DNA of 64,000 bases from assembly GCA_000708835.1 (NCBI GenBank), contig DF237128.1:95907-159906 (forward strand). Direction: 5' to 3'. Under the pieces are notes generated by a model. That model made no database searches. It had not been told where the DNA came from and saw nothing but the letters and a program-made list of their open reading frames with translations. Of this stretch, positions 1-11,839 are shown piece by piece; position 1 is the first letter of the stretch, and the number at the start of each line of letters is the position of its first letter. Source of the DNA: Klebsormidium nitens. Taxonomy: Eukaryota > Plantae > Klebsormidiophyceae. Both the position numbers and the translations under genes were made by a program.

Positions 1-320
1 AACGCTGTCCTCCTATTGTTTACAGATAATCAGTGTCTTGCACGGTCTGAGTATTTCAACTTGTGAAAGTGGACTTCTTTCCAACTGTCTTGTATGTCAG
101 CGTGTGGGTGACTTGGGCTAAGCAAGTAGTAGGGGCAAGGATCTAGAGCACCTGAACGGGTAACACGATCCAAGTTATGGCAAGCTGAGGCTCGTTGGAT
201 AAAAAGGGCTCAACGGACAGATACAACCTGCCGCTCTTCCTTCCTCGTCTTCTTGGGAGGGTACTTCTGCCGGACTTGTCTCCTGTTATTTGTCACTTCA
301 TCATGTCTCTCTCAGTGCAG

Positions 321-2875
321 GGCCAGCATTGTGAAGGACCGGCAGACGCGAGAGAGCAAGGGCGTAGCCTTCATCCTGTTCTTGACTCGAGAAGATGCCT
401 TGAATGCAGTAAGGTGGCACCAAGATCTGTTTTTCGCTTTTGAACAGATCTTGCAGTAGCCACTCGAGTATGCTTGAACCATTGGATGAAGGAGAGGCTA
501 GAAAGGCCACCAGCTAAGCGCTTGTTGTAACAAGCTTGATTTGCCCCACCCCCAAACGTGGGGACGTAGCCAGGACGACTTGCTGGAATATGGCAGACTT
601 TTACTTCTTCGTCAGCAATTGCTATTGATATTTGGGAGCCAACAGCAAGGACTGTGAAAGGCTCCAGCTTTCGGATAGTCAAAGGAGGTCGATGGTCTCT
701 GCTTCCACCTTTGCGCACATTATCGTGATAGTTAATAGTGGTCGTTTTGTCCAATCTCAGTGCAAGATCATGAACGGCAAGGTCCTGAATGGGCGTACCA
801 TCAACGTCAGCATTGCGAAGGACAACGGACGAGCTGCAGAGTTCATCAAAAGAAGGGTGAGCGTGGGAAGTTTTGTACCAAGTACGGGGACTGCCCTATT
901 TCCAAATCCATTGGCTTGCGAAGACTTACGAGCTTTTGTTTATTGCGTGCGCCCTTACTTTGAATGCAGCCAATTTCGTTCTTTGTGCGACCTTCATCGC
1001 AGAGACTAGTTGGAAAACGGTACATCAAGTGACTGCAATCTCGATATCTCTACTTGTCATGTTCTATCAAAAGCTTTGAAGAATCTCAGCTTACTAGTCA
1101 TAGAGTCTGTTGAGCTGACAATTTTGCGCCAGAAGGTCACACATTATTCGTTGTTTGAATGTCGACTCATGCCAAGCACAATTTCCTTACGAGCAAGACA
1201 TTGAAAGCCACTGAAAGTTTCATTCCTATATGGAAATTTTCCGAAGAATACTCACGTCTGCACCTATCCGTGGCAGGAGTACGTGGACAAGAGCCGTTGC
1301 TACGAGTGCGGCAAGGAGGGCCACCTGTCGTACGAGTGCCCAAAAAACCAGGTAAGTTTTGGCAGCTCGTGTAGTTTTCCAGGTCCTGTTCTTGCAGGAA
1401 CTCCTGGGCTTGCTTCGGGCGAAGAAGTGCCCTGATTGGACACACCACAGCTTTAGTTTGGCAGCTGACGTGCTTGTTGTTTGTGATCTCCTTTGACTGG
1501 CGTTTCGTTGTATGCAATCGCCTGGCTGTCCATTTCGAGAAGCAAAGGGGGAGCGCTGAACAGATCCAAAGCAGAGAAACTGATTTCATTACCCCTCAGG
1601 TATTGAATAGCTTGGCTTTATATGTCTCCTTACCTTCGTCGTCATATCGTCAGCTCCTCACACAAATCTGCTCTTTTGCCCCAACCTTTGTGTCAAGCTC
1701 AGTTTCTATTCCCCTGACTCATGAGCGAGTTCGACTTCGTCAAATCATGGTACTCCTGGGCGTGCTCGTGTCTTGCGTCTCTGGCACAGCCTTTCGAACT
1801 TAACACAACCCTCTTTTGCGCTCGGCGTACCTTTCATCCAGACGCGCTGTCCACCGGGCTCGCGCGGTTGTCGTGGAAACCACCGATGGTGACACTTTGG
1901 ATTTCACCCTTGTTGGCCGCCCTTCCGCTCCTGCAGCTGGGTCCCCGCGAGCCTCCCGCGAAGAAGAGCCGTCGCGCCGCGCAGGAGGCGCACCTCGGTG
2001 CCAAGCAGCGAGCGCCTGCTTCGCACCCGCAGCCGGCCAACGACAGGTGAGGCTGCCGGGCAAAGGAAGGTGGTTACGTTTGGCAGTCTGAGCTCGATGG
2101 CTGTGAGGCGCAGCATTTACACACTGGGCCTGCTTGTTTTGTCTTTCCAAAGCCCCTGGTGACGCGGGCGCCATTTCGGAGATGCTAAAGAAAGGGGCCG
2201 TCACGGCTGTTACGTCAAGGTGTGGGCTCACCGCTCCTTGCCGATGCAGCGACGAGGACGAGAATCCAGACTTCGACGACGACGGCTGGGGGTCCGTCGT
2301 GGCGCCCAGGTGCGCGCTGCAGCTTTCCGGCTTTTGCCTGCTCTTGTCGTGCTTTGCAGGCTCTTGAATCTTGTGTGAATCTTCTTTGCGACGCCGTCAG
2401 CTCGTGGCTGGTCCATTGGCCTTTTCTTTTAGTAACAATGTTCTGTCGAGGCTCGTGGGATCACTCAGTGTTTTGTTGCCAAGGCGTTGGCAGCCAGTCT
2501 ATACTCGAACAGCAAAGTCCTCTTGGCAAGCCCGTGTGTTGGTGTCTGATGCTCGCTTGTCACTGCAGGCCATCGTTTTCGTCAGTACAGGGGACGCAGG
2601 GCGAGACAGAAGGCCGGAAGCCGGGGGGGCTGAAGGTACGACTCGATCTGCTTCAAATCTATGCTGGAGTGTTCGATCCGCAAAAGTCAGAAGCGCTGTG
2701 GTGGCAGCCTCGTAATTTGATTGCAAATTTGTTTCCTGCTCTTTGCATCCGGCAGATCCTTCGGCACCTGCTTAGCTGCGTCTTGACGACCATTTGAGAA
2801 TTTATGGGTCTGTTATTGCAACAGGGCCCCAAGAAAGCATCCGGCTACTTCAGCGACGAAAGTGGGGAGGATTGA
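321..2875 (+). CDS. ZCRB1: U11/U12 snRNP 31 kDa protein (RRM + CCHC zinc knuckle), 5' partial; exons about 321-408, 761-856, 1277-1351, 1937-2046, 2250-2309, 2586-2635, 2825-2875
   Basis: Spliced translation gives [20 protein letters not shown] (RNP1), [47 protein letters not shown] and C-terminal [10 protein letters not shown], matching ZCRB1 motifs as I recall them. All junctions are GT-AG and in phase. The start exon was not found and probably lies upstream of the window. Confidence 0.9.
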
Positions 2876-4101
2876 ATCAACGACGTGCCAGGACGGCTAG
2901 TTTGAGGAGTACACGTGTCGGACACATGCTGATCTTGAGCCGTCCAAGCCGCATACTGGCTTTCGCTCGTGTTTTTGTAACAGATTGAGCTGCGTTTGCA
3001 TTGTTTGTGCCCAATTCCGGACAGTCTGGCTCTCAGTCGTCTGGGGTAGTCAGCTTATGAGTACACGAGCATACCTTGTGTGACTCAACTTATTGATTTG
3101 ATCAGAGTAGGTAAACTTGACATGCTTCATTGCGCAAGTAAATGAAGGTATAGCTGACGCTTGTGCCCATGTGGCGACTTCCACACAATGATGAAACTTA
3201 AGTTGAAATGTTGCTCATACTATGATATATGTGCTCTTGTTGCGAATAAAATACTCAAAACCGTGCATATCTTTTGCAGGAGTCGAGTCCGCACCATACG
3301 TGTTGACTGGCACCCAATGATGGTTTGGAGAGTTAACCCGGGAAGTGCATGCTAGCTTCGCGCAAGGGCATCATAATATAAGCACTATCTATCAAGAGAG
3401 ATAATTGAGGAGAATCGGCCGGCCATGTACCATGTAAACGTGAACTGAAACTTAAAGGATTTTGTCATATGTTTCCATATACTTCCATATCCGCGGGGTC
3501 CATAATTGAAAATTGAAGAACGTTGATTCGAGAATACGTCTAGTCTGGCACCAAGCGGTCCATGCTATGTTTCTACAACAAAACCGTCCAGAGTTCAAAG
3601 AATGTTGCATGTGCTGTTCTTCTCCAGGGCATACGCACACCTTACTTGCCATGCACTGAGTGGACTAGACTTTCAACTTTCAAATATCTGTCAGCCTGGC
3701 AGCGCCGGCAATCTAGGTTCTTCGAGTGACTTGTCGGCAACGTTTCTATGCAGCCATGAGCTGGACAGTCTTGTCTAACCAAATGTACAGCCTTGTGATT
3801 GAAGTATCTACAGCCTTGTCACTCAGCAGTGCCACAATGTTAGCAGAGCCCCAGATGATTACGGTATAGAGCTTGTTGTAATCAAATCTGCTCAAGACAA
3901 CAGCAGAAGATCACTGGCTCAAAAACGCAAACTACTGTTCCTTTTTGCAGAATAATTCAATCGAATTTGTACAGTTGTTCGAGTACAGTTGTTCAAGTCA
4001 TAATGCTTCAATACAACACTATACAAAGACTGTACACCACACCCTCGACCCAGCTATTGCAACATCACAACTATGTAAGCAGGCCTGTCGCCAACGAAGC
4101 A

Positions 4102-5254
4102 CTACGCACGGGGCTGCTGAATGCGCTGGGCATGCACTCGGGGAATGCCGTTACGAAGGTACCGAGGGACCTTCTCATGGGCAGCAACAGGCTCTCCTTG
4201 AGCTGGCCTCATAGCTCGCCCGAGGAGCAGGCGAATGAGGCGTTTCTCATTGGCGGCATTGCTTCCCACTGCAATAAGAAAAGTAAAGTGATCAGTGTCC
4301 AACCCTTTGGTTTCAAACAGGAAAGAAGGTCACAATTTCAATGTTCCAGTGAAATTCACCAGAAGGCATACCGATCTCACTTGCAGAGGTTTATGCTCAA
4401 CCAGCACACGAGGAACTGCAGCTTGTCAGGAGTAACATTCACTATTTACCCCATCTGAGCTGTGTAAGAAACCTGCTGAGTCAAGCCTTCTGTTTGCTAC
4501 ATTGCATACAGAGGGTCAGATACAAGCAAGCATTTTCAACAAGGAGATTGCTACAGGATTCTCACCAACACTTGTGCAGCCCCGTTCAAGCTCCTCAGCC
4601 TCTTCCAAGTCAGCCAATTCCCGCTGCTGCCATTCAAGCTCCTCTGTAAGAACATGGAACAGTCAGTTTTGCATGTAATCTTCTTGGAGCCCTCATGGCA
4701 TATTAAGCATAATTCAGTGTCCAGATCAGCTGGATCCTGCCCATCTAATCCGCGTTGACTGTCGATCCTTTCATCTTCTTGAAAGCCTCATATTCTGCTT
4801 TTGATTTAGTGCCTAGAAACCTAGTGCCTGGAAACCAACAACTTGAAGATAATCTGTTCACTCCAATTGAGGCCATCAGCTCTGCAAGGGATCTCAGAAG
4901 CCAATCCTCCATTTTAAGCCTCAGTCATAGGAAGATTGCAGACTGATGCATGCAAGTTCTTGATACACCTGAAGCACGCAGTTCCTGATCAAATCTGAGG
5001 TCACCAACAGGACTGCCAATCAGCGTCATCACCAGGAGCATCTCACCAGCAGCCTTCAACTCGTCCATGTCTGCTCCTGACAATCCGCAGCCGTCGTCCA
5101 TCACTTCAAACCTCGTTCGCAGCCAAAAGTCCCCAAATGCAGCGTTCTCCTTGACCAGAGCATACCATTCAGGAGAAAAGTCCTCAGGCTTCAGAAATGC
5201 TTGCGGAACAAAGGACGGAGCATTGGGATTAAGGGCCATCTTGGGCACCGTCAT
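4102..5254 (-). CDS. ERD15: ERD15/CID1-like PAM2-motif protein; exons 5254-5047, 4643-4566, 4268-4102
   Basis: N-terminal LNPNAPSFVP (PAM2) followed by EDFSPEWYALV and C-terminal RIQQPRA*, the hallmarks of plant ERD15. Three exons join in phase through GT-AG introns. Confidence 0.85.
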
Positions 5255-5593
5255 TGGGAGATTGCTAAAGGGACCCTTGGTAGGTTGGAGTTGATCGGCG
5301 CAACTAAATAGTTGAGATAAACAGCTGCAACTTCTGGAGGCCACCCTTGATTGGAGCAAGGAGGGAGCGTGAAAGACGTTGTTGTGGAGCAATTCCTGGT
5401 GAATGAAACTTGAAATGCAGGTACGGTTTTAATACAGGTTTAACCAAATCAAGCGACGTATGATGGAAGGCTGTTCAAAACTGATATCAAGCGTTAGAAT
5501 CGTGGAGTGTTGGAAGGACGACTTGGGAGACGTCACGTTGACTTCCAGCTGCTGCGGAATGCAGCGCGGCAGAATTGCGAGGAGGTTTCCAAA

Positions 5594-5635
5594 GCCTAGG
5601 CCCTACTAGCCTCTATACCGTAGTAGGGCCTAGGC
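5594..5635. repeat. Perfect 15-bp inverted repeat with 12-nt spacer upstream of ERD15
   Basis: GCCTAGGCCCTACTA (5594-5608) and TAGTAGGGCCTAGGC (5621-5635) are exact reverse complements. Confidence 0.9.
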
Positions 5636-5699
5636 CCGGTTGAGTAAATTTGTTTGCAAGACGTCACGGATCTGGGTGCATCCGTGAATCATGCATAGG

Positions 5700-6610
5700 T
5701 AGGTAGTACATACCGCATACAGGCAGGCCGAATGCGCAGGCGGAGGTGTACAGGTACCGTATGCAGGCGGAGGTACCGTACCTGCAGCACTTCGAGCAAA
5801 AGATCAGTTTTCCACGTTGGATTCTTGTCGTCCACGTCAGATTTGCACCAAGGTAAGCAACCGGGAACCGGGTGGGGTTTATTGTTGGGTTTAATCAAGG
5901 GTAGGAACGGGTTCGGAGCGCGTGCATGATTTGTGGTCAAGGTGTTACTTGAGGTGCCCGGGGGAATCTGGATTTTTGACTAGATCTAGACTGCGCTGCA
6001 TGAGATGTGTACCGTACCAGGTAGGTACCTACGGAAGTACGGTATGTAGGTACTCGTGTCTTCTGAATCCAGGTCCGGTGGGCAACGGTGGTTACCAGTA
6101 CCTATGATGTAGGTACCTGACTACGGTACTAATGAACGGTACGCAGGTTCTGCCTGAGTAAGGTACAGACCGGATATGGGTATGTATGTACTTTGTTAAC
6201 CATTCTGCTGGCAACATCGAACGGTTCAGATTGCAGGGCGAATTTCTCAACGGTTCGATATGCATCGGGTCAGGAGTCAGGACCTGCAGTTCAATGAACC
6301 AAGCTCCAACTTGAACAGCTTGGTTCAACTGGGTACCTAGGTACGTAGTTTAGCGGTATGTGTACCGACTACCGTATACTGTACCAGCACTGCGGCCGGC
6401 CTGCATGCCTAGCTACCTACCGTAGGTAGGTAGATGCATTGTGCAATGCTGCAATCAAACCACTAGGTACCGTCTACGGTACTCGATATGTACGATAGGA
6501 CACCGTACTGGACGTAGGGTTGGGTATAGTCTATAGGTAGGTACATGCAAGTGTACCGGTAACTCGGGTCACGTGGTTCACGTGGTGCACGTGTTAGACA
6601 TGTACCTCAC
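5700..6610. repeat. GTAC/GGTACC/TAGGTA-dense low-complexity tract
   Basis: About 27 GTAC tetramers by hand count in about 0.9 kb, versus roughly 3-4 expected at random. Includes direct repeats (GCAGGCGGAGGT twice) and the palindrome CTACCTAC-C-GTAGGTAG at 6413-6429. Confidence 0.8.
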
Positions 6611-6613
6611 GTG
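6570..6613. promoter_or_regulatory. Cluster of four G-boxes (CACGTG), ABRE-like
   Basis: CACGTG at 6570, 6579, 6588 (9-bp period) and 6608, about 1.3 kb upstream of the ERD15 ATG. Function is inferred, not shown. Confidence 0.5.
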
Positions 6614-7632
6614 GACCGTGCTCTTATCAAGCCTTGAGCATTGAAGAGATCCAACACATGCTTTTCACCCGCTTCTCAATCCGATTCGTGAACGTTTTGG
6701 TGCAAATAGGACCTAAACCATCGTGGAACGAGCGTGGAACCCCTTGGCATCGACGGGTCCTAAACCAGTCGTTGTGTTTAGGACTTTTTAAAATTGCTGC
6801 TCTGCTGAGCCTCTTGTGTGCCTTACTGTGGGACCGTGACCACCGCTTTCGGTTGAAGCAGTGACAACCAGACAACACGGTCTCGATAGCGGGGGCCAGT
6901 GCCCGGCCAGTGCTTGTTTGAAAATATTCATTACATGTAGCATAAGAACACAAACGGATTTCAAGTTGGCCCCTCAGTTTCTTAGTCGAATAGTGCAAAT
7001 GCAAGTCTACGAGGACGGTTGTGCCGGGTTTCTGAAGGGGTCCCCAATTAAATGTCGAGATACCGCTTATACGACGTGTACGAGTCCGCGCACGCGCTGG
7101 CCGGGAATTGATATGAGTGTACCTGCACACGCGACTCCATGAATTTGCATATCATATCTATACGCATGGGCTAATTGAGCGTTGGGTATACACAAAGAAA
7201 AAACTCAATGTGCCGCGCTGTGCCTCCAGCCCATGAACACATCGGAGAAACCGGAGAAACTATGTGGGAGAATCGGCTCTACGCGCTTTACATGCGAATT
7301 AATTTGGCATGCTCTAACGCAATTGTCACGGACACATTCAAGCGTCCGACTTACGATAGTCATATGAAGGAATGTTGCCTACTAAGAAACGCATCGCGCA
7401 AGAATTGTGTGATACGTTTCAACCTGCCTTTGATCCTTGATGTCTACATTGATGTTAGAAATAACTTCTCAAAATAGACAATCCGCCTATGCTTGGACTG
7501 CATCACTGATAACCTCAATGACTTAATTGCCAAACTTCTGAAGTTGTTTCAAGGGTTTGTGACTAGTAAGCTAGTACACCTTGTCCAAAGCTAGCAGCTT
7601 TGACACGTTGCACCATGTGCGCAACGTTTCAC

Positions 7633-10600
7633 CTCGAAAATCAGATCTTCGTCTCCTTCGCTGCTGGCATAATCAATCAGTATCCGAACACCCTGTAGAA
7701 GGACCAATGGATCTGATGAGAAGGGACCTACGACGATAAGTGCTTTGCGCTTTGCGGTGGATTCGAAGATCCCCCGTAAGCCATGATGAGTAGTTTGGAC
7801 GTCATGCGCACATACAAGCGTCATTCGCTTCAATTGGGACCCAAACCGCATGCCAACGATAGCATGAAGAAGAAAGGAGTACGTTTATATCATCTCTGGG
7901 AGAGTGACATTTGCACCAGCCTTGCACGGCGTCATCCGCCAGGTTTTAGGGTAGCCCTCCGAGTTGCATCCAATTTGGCATCAGTTTAACGGGTTTTCGG
8001 GTTTTCTATCTCCCTGTGATTTCCATCGCCCAAATCTCTTGAAAATGATGCTTTTTGTCAAGCACGTTTGACGACAAAAATAATGATTGCTCTTAGTACG
8101 TGGTATCTTGACAATCACAAGGACAAACCTTGATCTCAAAACCTTGTCACGCATCATTTTTGATGCATACTTGTGTCCGATGCACACAAGATCGGAAAGA
8201 GCTTCGTTTGTGTGGTCAACTTCATCGGAGTACCATGTCGATCAAAAAAAAAAACCAAATCAAAGGGTCCAAAGGTCGAGATGGCAGTTACCTTGTTCAC
8301 ATCAGGCAGCTTGTAAGCAGCGATAACTGTGCTGAGGTAGGCCTCGTGCTACATAAGGGAACAAAACAAAAGTGAATGGTCTTTGACGAGGCTTGTGATT
8401 CATAACCTATGAGTCAACGATCCAGCTGAATCAGCATATTGCCAACGAGCTCGCATGATAGAAAGGGATTGAAAGCTACACGTAACATTCTTCCCGGCAA
8501 ACCATGTTGTGCCCTCAGTTCAGCGTCTCAAGGAGGTATATCGCAAGGCCTAATATTACAAAAAGTTCTGTCTGTCCAATGGCTTTTCAAAGCGACTCGT
8601 TATCAAAACTCGTCATAAGTGTTGCGACTTACTGCCTGCTCAATGGTGAACCGTTTTGCTGACTTGTCCTTCTTGCTGCACTGGATGCAACGAATCTGAA
8701 ACAAAAGCAAACAGGAGGGAGTGCAACCTGTCATGAGTTGCTGCACGGTCGTTAAACAGCCCTTAAACAGCACCGTACAGCGCCATATGTTTGAATCCTG
8801 AAGGGCACTGGAAGACCTCAAAGTTGGAAGCATCTCTCTCCAAGCTTCAAACGTAATCTACACAAAGGGCCCTGACTGGAAGCCCGCCGGAATCAGTTGA
8901 TAACAAAAACATGAGTCACGCCAACATTTGTGCTCAACCGCGCTGCAAATCAGGCTTGCTACATCCCTCACCTTCTTGAAGATAGCTTCATCATTTCCTT
9001 CATTTTTTGCATAAGATAGAAGGACCCGGAGTGCTTTGCCTGCAAAGCACATCCACGATTGCCACAGAAAAGATCAAGTTGGGGCTACTCTTAATAAAAG
9101 TTGACTTGTTGCAGGTAGACGCCAGAAAAGGGCGCCATCTTCATGCCACATCAGACAAGACGGTTGTTGAGCAGCAGGACAACGTGGGATCTAGGGATGC
9201 TTTGGAAAACAAGTCAGCGGACGGTTGACTCTGCTTCACTTTTGGATGCTATGCAAGTGCATAGTTACTCAGCTCACCATCATCCGGCAAGTTATGCTTT
9301 TGCGCCATGTCTCTTAGCCACTCAAAGTGGTCCTTCTCAAGTACTAGCTTTACATCCTTCTTGCTCTTTCCTTGCTTGCTCGCTGTATTTGCGCCAGACT
9401 GTTTTGAACGGAGAAGGAAAGGCTTTAAAGAAGGCTTTCAAAAGATTTCTGGTCTATCTTGAAGACCGCACCGATTTGACACAAAGATTTGCAGAATGAT
9501 GACACTGCATGATTGGGGCACATTATACAGACAATTTGCTAAACCGTGATCAATCATATCAGAAACCTGAGCAGATCAGCCAAAGCCTCATGGAAATCCA
9601 CGCGCGACCTGCAGAACCATTCACATTAACAATAGAATTGCAAGTAGATTGCATTCCAGAAAGCTCTTAGGCTAGCAGCTCCGCTACACTGAAAGCCACC
9701 AACAAGCTCATGGGAAGGCGGCAAGGTCGCAGTGAGTTGACTGCTTACTTCTTTTTTCCTGTTTCGCTCCATGAGTATGTAGGTGCCTATTGCTGCTGTA
9801 AGGAGCGCGGAAGCATATAGCAGGTGGCGGTCCTCCATGATGTTGCCCGCATCGCCCAGTTGCCACCAGCAGGCAGTGTTTTTCTGAGGTAAACCACCCG
9901 TCAACCTGGGTCCTCTCGTTGCTCACTCACTGGCAAAATGCAGCGTTTACAAGACTCAGAGGCATTGGCCCTCCACGCTGCCTCACTGGATAGCTAGTAG
10001 GTACCTGAAGCGATCTAGCCAAACTGAAGGCTCAGAACCAGAGCTGCACAACTTTGCGAATTCATACCGGTATTGAAGGATTCAGGCCTGCTTGATAGCA
10101 TGGTCACATCTACGCGTTTTGGAGTCCTGACGGTGAAATTTGGAGCTTTCTCGGTACCAAGCTCTCGATTTGATCGATGTTCGGTACCGAGAAACACACC
10201 CGACCCTAAACGCTGGGACTCCGCAAAAGTTCGGTACCGAGGTTTCGGTAGCTAGAGCTTCCGAAAAGACCCGTGCGTAGACTGGTACAATGATTACTAT
10301 CCCGGATATCACGGGAGCTTTCAATGTTCCCTCCTCGCTACCGAACTTCCAAAACTTGGTAGATGTGACCGGTAAGGCATTCTCGGTACCGTGAATTTGT
10401 TTGGCGCAATTCCCAAACTTTTTCCAAAGCTCAGATGTTGTGACCATGCTATGAAGTTGAAAGTAGGTCTACAGGCTAGGTAATAGATACGTTTTAACTT
10501 CCATCGCTGCGATGCCGGGACGGCCGGCGAGTTGGAGAAACGGCACCCAGCCTTTGTGATGATCCAGGGAAAACCAAGCTGGACGTTATAGAAAACGGCG

Positions 10601-11079
10601 AGCACCGTCTGTATACGAGTAATTAAAAGATTAAAATGTACGGTTAAATTGCTTGGTACAAAACAGGCCGGTGCAAAGCAGCAAGCTGCACAGCTGTCAA
10701 CGTGCTGATCAATCAACAAGCGATGGCGGATCAGCGTCCCATTGGCGTCGACTCTGACCTTCTTCCTTAATCCGTTCTACTACTACTAGTACTAGTACTA
10801 CTGCTGCCTTACCGTACTAGGAAAAGTCGGCTTGGCTGTCTTTGGTAGATGTTTAAAGGCTCTGCACAAGGGCTTTTGATCTCTTGATTCAATGAGTGGC
10901 ATAGGCAGCGAAATGAGGCCCTTTGAATGTCCTCACCCATTACAGTTCGTCTCTTTGTCAACCAGAAGTTGCTGGCAGTCCCTCCGTGGACACTTCGCGA
11001 GCTTGCATGTGCAAGCATTCGATGGGTTCTTCAGAGTGAAGGATCGGTGGGTATACTGGCGGACGGTTGAGAAACCGGC
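7633..11079 (-). CDS. Hypothetical multi-exon protein with no recognised family; both ends unresolved
   Basis: Candidate exons 11079-10937, 10882-10813, 9786-9749, 9608-9567, 9448-9354, 9039-8972 and 8695-8633 join in phase through GT-AG introns into one stop-free frame (AGFSTVRQY...CTCKLAKCPRRDC...VDFHEALADLLRNLLKAFFK...KALRVLLSYAKNEGNDEAIFKKIRCIQCSKK). A further exon at 7692-7633 resembles the 9039-8972 exon. One predicted intron is only 54 nt. Confidence 0.5.
10098..10449. mobile_element. MITE-like non-autonomous DNA element, 352 bp, 11-bp TIR, TA target duplication
   Basis: GCATGGTCACA (10098-10108) and TGTGACCATGC (10439-10449) are exact reverse complements, each flanked by TA. An inner inverted copy GGTCACATCTAC/GTAGATGTGACC lies at 10102-10113 and 10359-10370. 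Internal (T)TCGGTACC motifs repeat in both orientations. No credible coding ORF. Confidence 0.55.
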
Positions 11080-11839
11080 CTGCAGATTCTGCTGAAGAAG
11101 TTCGACATCTGTAGCAGGGACTGTTGTTGAAACGTTAATTGCGCCTGAGTGGCTACCTTTGCATTGACCCCCTGTAACTCGTAGGCGTGATTAACTTATG
11201 CATTGACTTCTGCATCACAATGTTGGCCCTGAACGATTTCTCTCCCAAAATCCTGGAGTAGTAGAGCCAAGCTGCCAGCTTTGTGTCATAGAGTGGCTGC
11301 CAAGGAAGTTTGTCACTGTATCATCTTAAGCTTGCTTGACTCACCTTGGGGGCCCTGAAATAAGCTTTTGAACACTGACGTCCATCCTCAAGTGTTTCAA
11401 GGTCACAACTTTCACATCAGACCTACAAACTTCCTTTTCAAGCTGACTGTAATGCAAGTGGGGAATGCTTTGAATGAAATTGGACTTTGTTTGCATGCAG
11501 GTTCAAAGACGCTCTTGAGGCTTGGGCAACACGGGGCACGGGGAAAAGGCACAGATTGTCTCTTAGTATCGTCTTGACCTTTAGGGTCTGAGTTTCTTAA
11601 AAGGGGTGGGATGGGAGGGTAAGGGGAGATGATGATGGCGCCTGGCCCTGAAGTTGGTGCTGGGAGGGCCAGCTGGGAGCGCTTTGCTTGAAGAGAGTTG
11701 CTAATACTGGACTGTACAGTAGACGTCAAGGATCGCACATCAGTAGTCTGGAGCTGAGCCCTGCCCCTTGGCGCTGGCCCCTCAATACCCGTTGATCGCA
11801 AGTTTAGCTAGAATCTTGTACTCAAATGCTATCAGTGGC

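Noticed and set aside
6627-7142. ORFs of 167 aa (-) and 76/93 aa (+) with Cys/His residues, possibly a MYND-like finger
   Set aside because: No complete motif, no coding-like composition and no convincing splice sites.
8130-8310. Possible further orphan-gene exons (LPDVNK; VDHTNEALSDL, resembling VDFHEALADL)
   Set aside because: I could not find splice sites joining them in phase, so they are not counted as evidence.
9496-9570. ATGATGA...CTGA, C/D-box snoRNA-like
   Set aside because: No terminal stem, no recognisable rRNA guide, and it is antisense to a predicted intron-exon boundary.
9626-9904. ORF MEDRHLLYASALLTAAIGTYILMERNRKKE, resembling a signal-anchor N-terminus
   Set aside because: Its phase-0 donor splices into an immediate stop in the next exon. 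A different frame of the same exon fits the upstream and downstream exons. An alternative start cannot be fully excluded.
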